Shown: in pieces, positions 28,926 to 39,151 of the stretch
Layout of the letters: every line of letters begins with the position of its first letter
How positions within the stretch are numbered: the stretch's first letter is position 1
From: an uncultured Rikenellaceae bacterium
GTDB lineage: Bacteria > Bacteroidota > Bacteroidia > Bacteroidales > VadinHA17
Direction: 5' to 3'
Assembly: GCA_964640125.1 (NCBI GenBank)
Contig: CAZXGG010000011.1
Span: 347 to 64,346 of the forward strand
DNA length: 64,000 nt
The notes under the pieces: model-generated
What the model was told of the DNA's origin: nothing
Databases searched by the model: none
Seen by the model: only the letters and a program-made list of their open reading frames with translations
Made by a program: the position numbers and the translations under genes

Positions 28926-31900
28926 TCATCTTCCCGGTGGTGCCGTAGCCTCTGTCCCTCCCGCTCTGCCATGACAATGTTTATATTTTTTCCCGCTTCC
29001 ACAGGGACACGGGTCATTCCTTCCAACCTTCTTATCAGCTCTTACGGGTTGGGCTTTCTGCGGTTGTGGGGGACCACCTGCGGTTGATTCACCTTCAGAA
29101 TAGGAAGGAACATCGGTTTTTGTGGTCCTGAGATTGCTCATATCCAATTTTCTTCTCCGTTCGGCTTCACGCACCTGGTTCGGATCAGTGATGGGTATAT
29201 GTCCCTTCATCAGGGTTGCGATCACATCCCTGTTGATCCGGTTTATCATGATTTTGAACAACTCGAAGGATTCGAATTTATAGATCAGCAACGGGTCTTT
29301 CTGCTCGTAGGTTGCCGCCTGAACCGATTGACGCAGATCATCCATTTCCCTGAGGTGTTCTTTCCACGCCTCATCAATGGTCATCAGGATTACCGATTTC
29401 TCATAGGATTTTACCAGCTCCTTCCCTTTCGTCTCTGCAGATTTCTGCAAATTGGTAATCACCTGGAACACTTTTGTTCCGTCAGAAATAGGGACGACAA
29501 TATTTTCATATACGTGCGACTGTTTTTCATACACCTCTTTGATTACCGGAAAGGCTTGTGCTGCTATCGCCTCTTCTTTCCGGCTATAGGTATCGATCAC
29601 CACATTGTTGATGGCTTCAACAATCTCATCGGGATTAACCTTCAGGAACTCTTCAGCCGGCATGGGGGACTCAATGGAGAGGGTACGCATCAGCTCAAAG
29701 CTGAAATTCTCAAAGTCTCCAACGCCATGGTGTTCATCAACCAGGTTTTCGGAAACATCATACATCATATTGGCGATATCCACTTCCAGCCGTTCACCGA
29801 GCAGGGCATGCCTTCTTTTTGTATAGATCACCTCGCGTTGTGAGTTCATCACATCATCGTATTCCAGGAGTCTTTTCCGGATCCCGAAATTATTCTCTTC
29901 CACTTTTTTCTGTGCTCGTTCGATGGATCTTGAGATCATCGGGTGTTGGATCACCTCCCCTTCTTTCAGTCCCATCCTGTCCATGATACCGGCAATTCTC
30001 TCCGATCCGAACAGGCGCATCAGGTCGTCTTCCAGCGAGACAAAAAACTGGGATGAGCCCACGTCTCCTTGTCTTCCTGAGCGGCCGCGAAGCTGCCTGT
30101 CAACCCTTCGGGATTCGTGCCTTTCCGTTCCAACGATAGCCAGACCACCTGCTTTTTTTACTTCTTCGGTCAGCTTGATATCGGTACCACGCCCTGCCAT
30201 GTTGGTCGCAATGGTTACTGTTCCGGTTTTCCCTGCTTCAGCAACAATATCTGCTTCGCGCTGGTGGAGTTTGGCATTCAACACGTTATGCTTTATCCCC
30301 TTCATTTTCAACATCCTGCTCAGCAGCTCGGAGATCTCAACGGAGGTTGTACCCACCAGTACCGGTCGCCCGTTATTCACCAGGTTGACGATCTCATCAA
30401 TAACCGCGTTGTATTTCTCCCGTTTTGTTTTGTACACAAGGTCTTCACGGTCATCCCGGATAACCGGCCTGTTCGTAGGAATAACAACTACATCCAGCTT
30501 ATAGATGTTCCAGAGTTCTCCGGCTTCTGTTTCAGCGGTTCCTGTCATTCCGGCAAGCTTCTGGTACATTCTGAAATAGTTCTGCAGGGAGATGGTGGCG
30601 AAGGTCTGGGTGGCAGCTTCCACCTTAACCCTCTCCTTCGCTTCAATCGCCTGGTGCAATCCGTCCGAATACCTTCTGCCCTCCATGATCCGCCCGGTTT
30701 GTTCATCGACGATCTTCACCTTGTTTTCAATGACAACGTATTCCACATCCTTCTCAAACAGGCTGTATGCTTTCAGCAGTTGGTTCATTGTATGCACCCG
30801 CTCTGATTTGACAGCATAATCCTGGATAAGCTTGTCTTTGGCTTTGAATTTTTCTTTTTCCGGGATGTCCGACTTTTCAATTTCAGCAATCTCTCCACCG
30901 ACGTCAGGCAGGATAAAAAAACTGGCATCTTCAGAGGAGGTTGTGATCAGATCGATGCCTTTCTCCGTCAGTTCGATGGTATTCTGTTTTTCATCGATGA
31001 TGAAATAGAGGTCATCCGTCACCTTGTACATCTCCTTGCTGTTGTTCTGCATGTAAAAGTTTTCCGTTTTCAGCATCCGCGATTTCATTCCCTCCTCGCT
31101 CAGGAATTTGATCAGCGCGCTGTTTTTCGGAAGTCCTTTAAATGCCCTCAGCAGGAGCAATCCGCCCTTTTCGTTATCGCCATCAGCGATAAGCTTTTTA
31201 GAATCTGCCAGCACCTGGTTGACCAGTTTTCGCTGGGCACTCACCAGTTTTTCCACTTTGGGTTTGAGCTCATCAAACTCGCTGGTATCGCTTTTGGGTG
31301 TGGGGCCCGAAATAATAAGGGGTGTACGGGCGTCATCAATCAGGACTGAATCGACCTCGTCCACAATGGCATAGTTGTGTTTCCGTTGCACCAGGTCTTC
31401 GGGGTTTATCGCCATATTATCCCGCAGGTAATCAAAGCCAAATTCATTGTTGGTCCCATAGGCTACGTCAGCCTGATATGCTTTTCTGCGATCGCTGGAA
31501 TTGGGCTGGTGTTTATCAATGCAGTCCACCGAAAAGCCGTGAAATTCGAAAAGTGGTCCCATCCACTCCGAGTCACGTTTCGCCAGGTAATCATTCACGG
31601 TAACGATATGAACACCCCTTCCCGTCATCGCATTCAGGAATACAGGCAGTGTGGCGACCAGTGTTTTCCCTTCACCGGTTGCCATTTCAGCAATTTTCCC
31701 CTCGTGTAGAACCACTCCCCCGATGAGCTGTACATCATAATGTACCATGTCCCAGGTGATCATGTTGCCCCCTGCTATCCAGGAGTTTTTCCAGATGGCC
31801 TTATCTCCTTTAATGATGATGCTATCCCGGTTTGCTGCCAGGTCACGGTCGAACTGGGTAGCAGTCACTTCCACCGATTCATTCTCTTTAAACCGTTTGG

Positions 31901-32261
31901 CAGTCTCTTTTACAATGGAAAAGGCAACCGGCAGGACCTCATCGAGCACTTCTGAAAGCTTCTCAACAATCGCTGCTTCAATCTTATCAATGCTGTTGTA
32001 TATCTCTTCTTTCTCGTCCATACCCGTCTCTTCCGCCTCCAGCTTCTCCTTCAACTGCTTAATTTCCTGCTCTTCTTCCTGGACGCTGTTGCGAACATAT
32101 TCCTTTATTTCCAGGGTTTTCTTTCGAAGATCATCGTTTGATAAAACGGTGATCTTTTCATATTCCAGGTTGATCTTCTCAACGTACGGGCTGATCTGCC
32201 TCAGGTCTCTTTCTGCTTTATTTCCAAGGATCTTACCCAGAAAACCATTTAAAATGCTCAT
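28926..32261 (-). CDS. secA: preprotein translocase ATPase SecA
   Basis: 1111 aa with [33 protein letters not shown] and the C-terminal zinc motif [14 protein letters not shown]. Confidence 0.97.
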   Translation of the reverse strand: MSILNGFLGKILGNKAERDLRQISPYVEKINLEYEKITVLSNDDLRKKTLEIKEYVRNSVQEEEQEIKQLKEKLEAEETGMDEKEEIYNSIDKIEAAIVEKLSEVLDEVLPVAFSIVKETAKRFKENESVEVTATQFDRDLAANRDSIIIKGDKAIWKNSWIAGGNMITWDMVHYDVQLIGGVVLHEGKIAEMATGEGKTLVATLPVFLNAMTGRGVHIVTVNDYLAKRDSEWMGPLFEFHGFSVDCIDKHQPNSSDRRKAYQADVAYGTNNEFGFDYLRDNMAINPEDLVQRKHNYAIVDEVDSVLIDDARTPLIISGPTPKSDTSEFDELKPKVEKLVSAQRKLVNQVLADSKKLIADGDNEKGGLLLLRAFKGLPKNSALIKFLSEEGMKSRMLKTENFYMQNNSKEMYKVTDDLYFIIDEKQNTIELTEKGIDLITTSSEDASFFILPDVGGEIAEIEKSDIPEKEKFKAKDKLIQDYAVKSERVHTMNQLLKAYSLFEKDVEYVVIENKVKIVDEQTGRIMEGRRYSDGLHQAIEAKERVKVEAATQTFATISLQNYFRMYQKLAGMTGTAETEAGELWNIYKLDVVVIPTNRPVIRDDREDLVYKTKREKYNAVIDEIVNLVNNGRPVLVGTTSVEISELLSRMLKMKGIKHNVLNAKLHQREADIVAEAGKTGTVTIATNMAGRGTDIKLTEEVKKAGGLAIVGTERHESRRVDRQLRGRSGRQGDVGSSQFFVSLEDDLMRLFGSERIAGIMDRMGLKEGEVIQHPMISRSIERAQKKVEENNFGIRKRLLEYDDVMNSQREVIYTKRRHALLGERLEVDIANMMYDVSENLVDEHHGVGDFENFSFELMRTLSIESPMPAEEFLKVNPDEIVEAINNVVIDTYSRKEEAIAAQAFPVIKEVYEKQSHVYENIVVPISDGTKVFQVITNLQKSAETKGKELVKSYEKSVILMTIDEAWKEHLREMDDLRQSVQAATYEQKDPLLIYKFESFELFKIMINRINRDVIATLMKGHIPITDPNQVREAERRRKLDMSNLRTTKTDVPSYSEGESTAGGPPQPQKAQPVRADKKVGRNDPCPCGSGKKYKHCHGRAGGTEATAPPGR

Positions 32262-32406
32262 TATATATGGGATTTTTTCGTCTGATGTTAACAGGGTGCA
32301 AATTTAACTCATTTTAACGGATAATAAAAAGGGGTGAATGCTTCTTTCTTCTATGCCAGCAGGCTCACCCGGCAGGCATGCAGGAAGATGTGTTGAAAAG
32401 GAAATG

Positions 32407-34929
32407 TCAATTCGATTTTATTATTTTCAGGAGAGCCATTTTATCTCCCGATGAAACGGTGATGAGATAGATACCGGGGTCATTCCCGGAAAGATCAATC
32501 CTTTCCTGGAAGGTTTCGCCGGTCACTCTGAACTCCTTGCTGAACAGCTCTCTTCCAAGAATATCGGTTATAATCACGTTCACACCCTGGATGCCCTGTT
32601 CCAGGCGCCCCTCAAGGGTGACGATCCCGGATACGGGGTTTGGAAAAACGCGGATATCATGATCCACAAACAGATCGTTCCCGGTGCCCGACAGATCACC
32701 CTGGATCCTGATGTTATCAATCACCCAGCCCCAGCCATATGCAAAAGCATCCGAGTAGAGGCGGAAACGGATCAGGACCTCCTCTCCCCCATTGAATTCA
32801 TCTTCAGCCAGCAGGTTAATCATGCGCTCACGGTACATGTTTGAAGCACCCAGTGCTTCTGAATTACCATCATTCAGGGTCGAATTGTATGTGGAGAGCC
32901 AGAGGGTGTTTATCCTGGAATCATAACCCGGAAATAGCGGATACCAGGTCGATCCCATATCCTTTGATCCTTCCACAATGATATAATCCCAGAACTCGTA
33001 ATCGCCGAATACCGTTCCAGTCTCACCCGGCTCAACAAGGACGATCTCATCGAACGCCATCCAGGCATCGCTCTCTTTCAGGATGATCGGATAGGTCAGG
33101 ATCGCTTCGTATTCGATTGACTTATTGGCATCACCGGTCTGTTCATAAGGGTGCCGGGTGTGTAATGCCGGATTGGTAAAACCGGCCGGGGAATCAATGG
33201 AAAAGCCGTTCTTTAGAAAATCATCCGCTGCTCCATCGAAATCATTCTCATAAGCATCCACCGGGTCATTAATCTTTTCAACGGTAAAAACATAATATCC
33301 TGAATCGGGAATGGTTGCCGAGTTCCCTGAGGCCGAAGCGTCGACCGCTGTGATGCGGTAGCGTATCGTATCACCCACGGCAAGGGTTGCCCCTTCAAAA
33401 TTCAGGTATCCCTGGTATGTGGGCTTAAATGCAACCGGCATCGTGACCGGATCCATCGCTGTTTCATTGATCAGGTAGTCGATATAGACCGAATCAACTC
33501 CCAGGTTATCCCTCACATCAGCCCTGAATTTCAGGGAATCCTGGCTTAGCAGCATGTAGGGAACCGGTTCGTGCTCAATGACCGGTTTCACGGTGTCCTT
33601 ACCAATAAAAAAACGGTGGTTTATCTCCGGTGCTGTCGCCGGATCGCGGTAAATGCGGTCGAAGTAATCGGTAACGGCAAGGTAATAAGAAACATATATT
33701 CCTGTATCGGAAACCGGGATATCAGCCGTGTACTCATCCGGGTTTCCGGTTTCGGTTAACATGATGCTATCATGCGTGGCAAAACCGTCAGTTGAATAAT
33801 AGACATACCCGCCATCTGACGTGATGGATGTATCGCTGGTGATCGTTGCCGTGACGGTAAAGGGCTCCTCCAGGTTCTCCACATCCAGCAGTGTGTCGTG
33901 TTCAATGTAGGTGTGTACCCATCCGATCTCAGCAAACATGGCCAGGACAATCGGTCCCGGGTTGTGTATCGCTTCCCCTCTATTGATAAACGGGGTCATC
34001 AGGGCGTTCTGGCTTGCACCGGGAAAGGTTCCTTCATTCAAATGCGAAATGCTTGATCCCGGGTCAAACTCCCCGGGTGCATATAACCTGGGAGCCTGGC
34101 CCCCATTAGCTATGCGTGCAATGGGACTGCTGAAATAGAGGTTGTTGCTTTCGTACTGATCCAGCAGTTCTGCGGACGGGTTCTCGAACAATGCAGTATC
34201 GATCAGCTGCTGCCCCCCTCCATTCTCAATGAAATGGTCGAAATAGATGGTTAAACCCGAAGTGTACCCCCAATATCCATTTCCGTTATACTCCCCCATG
34301 GTGCTGTAGAATCCAAGACCATGACACATTTCATGAAGGGCAACCGTTACCAGGTCAAATTGATCCACCGGTGTATCTCCGTCGGTTCCAAAATACCAGT
34401 CCTGGTCACTGTTTAACACCATTTCAATCTCAAAATCATCCGGATCATTCAGCTCCCTCCTTGCCATCTTCTCAGCGATGGGGATGGGATAGAGTGCATT
34501 GGCTTCATACGCTCCGACGGTACTGCCCCGAATAATGTTTGAAGGATTCAGATAGGTGCTTCCCAGGGTTCCGCTTCCTAAATTAGACCATGTTGCAGTG
34601 ACATTGATATCCACCGGGGATTCAATGAGGGTTGACCAGATAGCTACAGCAAACAGATATGCATTTTTTGCTTCAATGGGAAAATCGTATGTTTTTACCT
34701 TGATGGTACTGCCCCCTTTTGATTTCTCCCTGGCTTTGTAGAACTGTTCAGGCGGCGGGATGTATATCCTTCTCGGATTATTACCGGCATAACAGCTTCG
34801 TACGATCAGATCACTGTTGCTCTTCAATCGTTCACCCTCGGGAACGCGCTGTCCATGCAGTTCCCTGGTTCCTGCGATCACAAAAACCAGCAGAACAATC
34901 CCGGTCAGAATATCTCTGTTTCGCTTCAT
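32407..34929 (-). CDS. secreted zinc metalloprotease (HEMCHGLGF, leishmanolysin/M8-like motif) with T9SS C-terminal sorting domain
   Basis: 840 aa with a signal peptide, HExxHxLGF with a distal SISHL, and a C-terminal VFPNPVSGIVTLEG...PGIYLITV...LLKIIKSN Por tail. Confidence 0.7.
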   Translation of the reverse strand: MKRNRDILTGIVLLVFVIAGTRELHGQRVPEGERLKSNSDLIVRSCYAGNNPRRIYIPPPEQFYKAREKSKGGSTIKVKTYDFPIEAKNAYLFAVAIWSTLIESPVDINVTATWSNLGSGTLGSTYLNPSNIIRGSTVGAYEANALYPIPIAEKMARRELNDPDDFEIEMVLNSDQDWYFGTDGDTPVDQFDLVTVALHEMCHGLGFYSTMGEYNGNGYWGYTSGLTIYFDHFIENGGGQQLIDTALFENPSAELLDQYESNNLYFSSPIARIANGGQAPRLYAPGEFDPGSSISHLNEGTFPGASQNALMTPFINRGEAIHNPGPIVLAMFAEIGWVHTYIEHDTLLDVENLEEPFTVTATITSDTSITSDGGYVYYSTDGFATHDSIMLTETGNPDEYTADIPVSDTGIYVSYYLAVTDYFDRIYRDPATAPEINHRFFIGKDTVKPVIEHEPVPYMLLSQDSLKFRADVRDNLGVDSVYIDYLINETAMDPVTMPVAFKPTYQGYLNFEGATLAVGDTIRYRITAVDASASGNSATIPDSGYYVFTVEKINDPVDAYENDFDGAADDFLKNGFSIDSPAGFTNPALHTRHPYEQTGDANKSIEYEAILTYPIILKESDAWMAFDEIVLVEPGETGTVFGDYEFWDYIIVEGSKDMGSTWYPLFPGYDSRINTLWLSTYNSTLNDGNSEALGASNMYRERMINLLAEDEFNGGEEVLIRFRLYSDAFAYGWGWVIDNIRIQGDLSGTGNDLFVDHDIRVFPNPVSGIVTLEGRLEQGIQGVNVIITDILGRELFSKEFRVTGETFQERIDLSGNDPGIYLITVSSGDKMALLKIIKSN

Positions 34930-34978
34930 GCCTGTTATCTCTTCAATCTTCGAGCCAAAAATACGGAAAAAATAATTG

Positions 34979-35011
34979 CAAGATAAAAGATAAAAGTAAA
35001 AAGATAAAAGT
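34979..35011 (-). repeat. 32-nt T-rich word, copy 2 (reads acttttatctttttacttttatcttttatctt on minus strand), 50 nt upstream of the metalloprotease ATG
   Basis: Exact match to 39200-39231. Confidence 0.85.
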
Positions 35012-35018
35012 AATAAGA

Positions 35019-35180
35019 GGCTAAGGCGAAGGCTAAGGAGAAAGAGACGTATTTTGGATGCGCCATAGTCCCAAAGGTGGCATAGTCATTCCAACGGAAG
35101 ATCACTATGTGAGCGTGCCTTCGGCAAAGGAGACGATGAGAGGGAAAAGGAAACAGGTGCTGGGTAAAAGTGGTGAGATC
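35019..35180 (-). repeat. TCAC-type tract (C/T-rich on the minus strand) upstream of the metalloprotease gene
   Basis: The plus strand reads ggctaaggcgaaggctaaggagaaagagacg...gatgagagggaaaaggaaacaggtg...gtggtgagatc. Confidence 0.6.
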
Positions 35181-35351
35181 CGCCCTCGTTACCTCCTTCG
35201 TTAAAACTACGGAGGGCAAAGCTGGTTGCTGCCCTCCCGACTGAACGTCGTTCCCGACCGGATGAACCGTTCGGACGGTCGGGCGGGGTTGCTGGGTGAA
35301 ATCAAAATCCATGAAATACACCGGCGGGGTATAAGGTATAATAATAAATAG

Positions 35352-35482
35352 GGGGCTGTCTCAAAAGTCCCAAAGATCGTCATTCTGAAATTTTTTCAGA
35401 ATCTCAACATATTAATAATCAATCGTATAAGATCCTGAATCAAGTTCAGGATGACTAAAAATTTGGCTTTTGAGACAGCCCC
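35352..35482 (-). mobile_element. MITE-like element copy 2 (inverted relative to copy 1)
   Basis: TIR ggggctgtctcaaaag / cttttgagacagcccc. The internal loop is attctg-aaaaaatt-cagaat, where copy 1 has attctg-atccgccgatggcggac-cagaat. Confidence 0.8.
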
Positions 35483-35697
35483 GTTGTTGAATTGCACCAA
35501 ACAAACGGTCAACTGCTCAGCGCTTCAACAGGAAATCGCTCCATGGACCGGCAAATGCCAAACTTCAATTAGAAAAAATAACATATCCTGAATGTTTTTG
35601 ACAAAACAACATGGAACCACTTGGGACAATTTGGAACGACCCATTCCAAATTCAACAATCACTGGCTAGCCGCTTCCACATAAACCATATGACTATT

Positions 35698-35750
35698 GAA
35701 CCGAACGAAGTGAGCTCACGAGTCCGCCGGTAGGCGGATGAGTAATAACC
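35698..35750 (-). repeat. about 52-nt module, inverted copy of 25839-25889
   Basis: gaaccgaacgaagtgagctcacgagtccgccggtaggcggatgagtaataacc, compared with the reverse complement of 25839-25889. Confidence 0.75.
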
Positions 35751-35815
35751 ATTGTTTGACAAACGTATGACTATTGTTTGACACGTGTTGCAACAAATCT
35801 TATTACCTTTACCAT

Positions 35816-36286
35816 ATGAACCGGACCTTAAACAGCATAACAATCCTTAGCCTGATCCTTGGGATCTTACTTTTCTCCTCCTGTGCGAGCCAGAGGGGGT
35901 TAACGGAAAAGAATATCGTCATATCAATAGAAACCACTCCTTGCATGGGGGATTGTCCGGTTTTTCAAGCAGCGATCTACACCAACGGGCAGGTCATTTA
36001 TGAGGGCAAGGAGCATGTGGAAAAGATCGGGCGGTATACCGGCAGGCTATCCCGAAAGGAGTTGAAACAGCTCCGGCTTTCATTTGACGAAGCCGGTTTC
36101 TTCTCCTTGCAGGATGAGTATGTCGAACCCTGGACAGACCTGCCGACTACCTGGATCCATTACTCCGATGGTAGCCGACAGAAAAAGATCAAAGACTATT
36201 CCGGCGCCCCGGAGGCGTTGAAGAAACTGGAGGAGAAGGTGATGGAGGCGCTGAACCGGGTTGCCTGGGAAAAGGTAAGTAAATAG
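35816..36286 (+). CDS. hypothetical lipoprotein
   Basis: ATG at 35816 gives MNRTLNSITILSLILGILLFSSC (lipobox). The mature part has a CMGDCPVF motif. No family assigned with confidence. Confidence 0.6.
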   Translation: MNRTLNSITILSLILGILLFSSCASQRGLTEKNIVISIETTPCMGDCPVFQAAIYTNGQVIYEGKEHVEKIGRYTGRLSRKELKQLRLSFDEAGFFSLQDEYVEPWTDLPTTWIHYSDGSRQKKIKDYSGAPEALKKLEEKVMEALNRVAWEKVSK

Positions 36287-36354
36287 CATGTTAATCGTTA
36301 AATGATAAATATCATAACATCGTTAATGGTTAATTGTGTTTGTTGCTGGGTACA

Positions 36355-36402
36355 AAGTGACGAGTGACGCGTGATGAGTATCGAGAAAGGAGAGGTGAGC
36401 AG
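36355..36402 (-). repeat. TCAC-type tract (G/A-rich on plus strand) downstream of the lipoprotein gene
   Basis: aagtgacgagtgacgcgtgatgagtatcgagaaaggagaggtgagcag. Confidence 0.6.
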
Positions 36403-36480
36403 TTTCACGATACGAGTTAAGGGTTACGGGAAAAGTCCACAGTAAAATCCGGAATGACGAAAGATAAGATTAGATGAACC

Positions 36481-36510
36481 CGTAGAGACAAGGCACTGCC
36501 TTGTATAATA
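36481..36510. repeat. GTAGAGAC hairpin family, copy 3 (degenerate)
   Basis: cgtagagacaaggcactgccttgtataata. Confidence 0.5.
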
Positions 36511-36604
36511 CAAACCAAACGGCCATTTCCTTATTTATGAGTATGAAAGCAATGCCTTTGTGCACTTATATAAGCCACTGTGTCATGATTATATATATTA
36601 AGAC

Positions 36605-37288
36605 ATGGAAATAATTATGAAACGAGCAAGATTAATTATTACCAATATTTTCAGTATTCCTTTTATAATTGTTTTTTTAGGTGCATTGCTTTTTCTTCCT
36701 GCAGGGAATTTTCATTGGATTAATGGTTGGATGTTCATTGCTTCTTTAGTTATATACCTTCTTCTTAATTCCATTTATTTTATTATAAAAGATCCTTCTA
36801 CATTAGAAAAGCGAAGCAAGCTCTCCACTGAAAAAGAGGATAATTTTACCATAGCACTAATTGGAATCCTATTCTTAGTTCTTCTTCTTTTACCTGCCTT
36901 TGACTACCGTTTTAGTTGGAGTCAGATTCCTTTTTTTCTGTCTTGTGTCGGTTTAGCTTGTTTGACCATTTCTTATTTGATATTGTTTTTTGTGATGCGG
37001 GAAAATTCCTTTGCATCAAAAGGGCTCCGGATTCATAAGGACCAAAAAGTTATTACAACAGGACCTTATATGCTTGTAAGGCATCCTTTGTATATGGGTG
37101 GTATCATTATGAGTATTAGTATTCCTCTTACATTGGGTTCATTGATAGGTTTCATTCCAGTATTATTTGTACCATTCATTTATGCAGTTCGTATTCGAAA
37201 AGAGGAACAAATGTTACTTAGAGATCTTAAAGGATATGATGAATATCAACAAAAAGTAAAATACAGGCTTATTCCTAAAATATGGTAA
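36605..37288 (+). CDS. ICMT/PEMT-type membrane methyltransferase family protein
   Basis: 227 aa with 5-6 TM helices and the C-terminal signature VITTGPYMLVRHPLYMGG. The gene is very AT-rich. Confidence 0.7.
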   Translation: MEIIMKRARLIITNIFSIPFIIVFLGALLFLPAGNFHWINGWMFIASLVIYLLLNSIYFIIKDPSTLEKRSKLSTEKEDNFTIALIGILFLVLLLLPAFDYRFSWSQIPFFLSCVGLACLTISYLILFFVMRENSFASKGLRIHKDQKVITTGPYMLVRHPLYMGGIIMSISIPLTLGSLIGFIPVLFVPFIYAVRIRKEEQMLLRDLKGYDEYQQKVKYRLIPKIW

Positions 37289-37440
37289 TAATTAATAGTG
37301 ATATTATTCAAAATTATGATACAATGGCTTATAACAGCGCATACAACTTCGCTTCCCTTGGTCGCTTCGCCCTTGGGGACATGCCCTGCGGGCACGTCTT
37401 GTATGCGAGTAACATTAGTAAGAAGAAACATACATGAGCT

Positions 37441-38163
37441 ATGCATTTATTAAAAAGAAAAAGCATCATTGTAATTACAATTATAGTTTGTCTTATATCT
37501 GCCTGTAAAACTGTTGATGATGATGCTGATAATGGTTCAATGCAGCCAATCGATGGCTATCCATTTTTTTCCAGTAAGGAAGAGATAAAAAATATGCTCA
37601 AAGACAGGGGTATTGATACTATGATGTTCAGGAAAGGTGAAGTAGTAGCGGATATAGGTGCTGGCAACGGATATATTGAAGCAATGTTATCCATTTTCAA
37701 TGATAGTTTAACCTTTTATATTCAGGATATAGACACATCTGTTTGTAATCAAAAAACCATTGATGAAGTGGTCGATTTTTACCAGAAAGTCAATGGTGCT
37801 CCGTTCACAAACAGGTTTATAGCAATAAACGGAACGGATTCCACAACCAATTTACCTGATAGTACATTTGATAAAATTCTGATGATCTATACATATCAGT
37901 ACCTTAAGGAACCCCGGAAGTTCATTATGGATGTTCGGGAAAACTTGAAAAACGATGGATTGTTTTATGTCATCAATCCCCAGAATGATGATTATGAATA
38001 CCTGAACTCAATCAGACAAAAATATGGATGGAACGCATCACCTCTTGAAAAAGAGATCTCTGATATAATCGATTGCGGTTTTGAACTCAGGCGAATATCC
38101 CGGAATTATGAAGGATATGAGCAGTGCTATATCATGGTGTTTAAAAAAAATGGAGATCAATAA
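37441..38163 (+). CDS. class I SAM-dependent methyltransferase with lipoprotein signal
   Basis: 240 aa with lipobox LISAC and SAM motif I VADIGAGNGY. Confidence 0.7.
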   Translation: MHLLKRKSIIVITIIVCLISACKTVDDDADNGSMQPIDGYPFFSSKEEIKNMLKDRGIDTMMFRKGEVVADIGAGNGYIEAMLSIFNDSLTFYIQDIDTSVCNQKTIDEVVDFYQKVNGAPFTNRFIAINGTDSTTNLPDSTFDKILMIYTYQYLKEPRKFIMDVRENLKNDGLFYVINPQNDDYEYLNSIRQKYGWNASPLEKEISDIIDCGFELRRISRNYEGYEQCYIMVFKKNGDQ

Positions 38164-38593
38164 AGTAAATCTATTCGCTTCAAGCTTATCGGCAACAATT
38201 CTTGTTATTTGTTGCTTGGTTTTTGTATTCAGGTTAACGGGTCATCAAAAAATCGAATATTGGCTTGGAATTGTTCTAATAATTACGGCAATACCGTTGT
38301 CGTATCTTATCCTTACCGCAAAACAATTTCAAAGACCACCGATTTACTATGTTCAAATCGGTTTAATGATCTCATTTCTGATCATTGTACTATTTTTTGA
38401 CTACATTTTCAAACTGGAATTCAGAAAGGTAACCTGGATGGTTATTTTCTATCTAATCTTCTTCTTTGGAGGAACTGGTGGGATGTTAGGCGTCGCCTCC
38501 CTCTCCGGGAAAATTTGGCTGATCGTTTCTGTGATTCTCTTTCTTATCATGACAACGTTAGCCTTTTTCCAGCGGGCAATTACTGGAATGTGA
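38150..38593 (+). CDS. hypothetical 4-TM membrane protein
   Basis: The start at the internal ATG (MEINKVNLF...) overlaps the methyltransferase stop by 14 nt. No motif recognised. Confidence 0.5.
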   Translation: MEINKVNLFASSLSATILVICCLVFVFRLTGHQKIEYWLGIVLIITAIPLSYLILTAKQFQRPPIYYVQIGLMISFLIIVLFFDYIFKLEFRKVTWMVIFYLIFFFGGTGGMLGVASLSGKIWLIVSVILFLIMTTLAFFQRAITGM

Positions 38594-38763
38594 CTATTGA
38601 CAAGGTAAGAGAAAGGATGTACAAAATAAACATGAACAGTTAATAGTTATGTGTTAATAGTTAATAGGTTGGGTATATGATTTATTTGATTTATCCACTT
38701 TAAATTCAAAATGCACCCGGTCAGACGTATCGGTACGTGACCTTCGTCAGACGGATACGTTAC

Positions 38764-38798
38764 TCCACCTGGCGGCTGAAGTCCGCCCGGTGGATAAA
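38764..38798. repeat. hairpin family A copy 2 (tccacctggcggctgaagtccgcccggtggataaa)
   Basis: Differs from 25662-25696 at 2 positions inside the right arm. Confidence 0.8.
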
Positions 38799-38884
38799 AC
38801 CCTTCAAATAGAAAAAACTGAGAACCTTAAACTGCCCCGAAGGTCCATAAGGAGTACTTCGGACCTTTGGGAAAGGCATTTTTC

Positions 38885-38980
38885 CTGCTCACTGTTCACT
38901 GCTCACTTCTCTATGCTAATTCATCATTCATCATTCATCACTCACCTCTCACACATATTCTCCCCCCTCCTCTTGACTCG
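38885..38980 (+). repeat. TCAC-type C/T-rich tract upstream of the collagen-like gene
   Basis: ctgctcactgttcactgctcacttctctatgctaattcatcattcatcattcatcactcacctctcacac... Confidence 0.75.
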
Positions 38981-39151
38981 TATCTATCTACATCGTATAT
39001 TTATTTATTCATCTAAGATCAAATAAATCCAATAACCATGAAACGAATACTACTTTTACTCATCACTCTTCACTCCTGCCTGCCGGCAGGCAGGGCATCA
39101 CTCCTGCCTTTCAGGCAGTTAAACCTTATTCATCACTCTTTTTCTTTTAAC

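Noticed and set aside
29199-32307. Multiple 70-230-aa plus-strand ORFs across secA.
   Set aside because: All are antisense to an unambiguous SecA and show no motifs.
34935-35321. 128-aa ORF upstream of the metalloprotease. Similar ORFs in other spacers are 25759-25998, 28288-28521, 38790-39026, 48783-49031, 49126-49317 and 49359-49541.
   Set aside because: They lie entirely within repeat mosaics, MITE copies or TCAC tracts. Their translations are low-complexity by-products of the repeat words.
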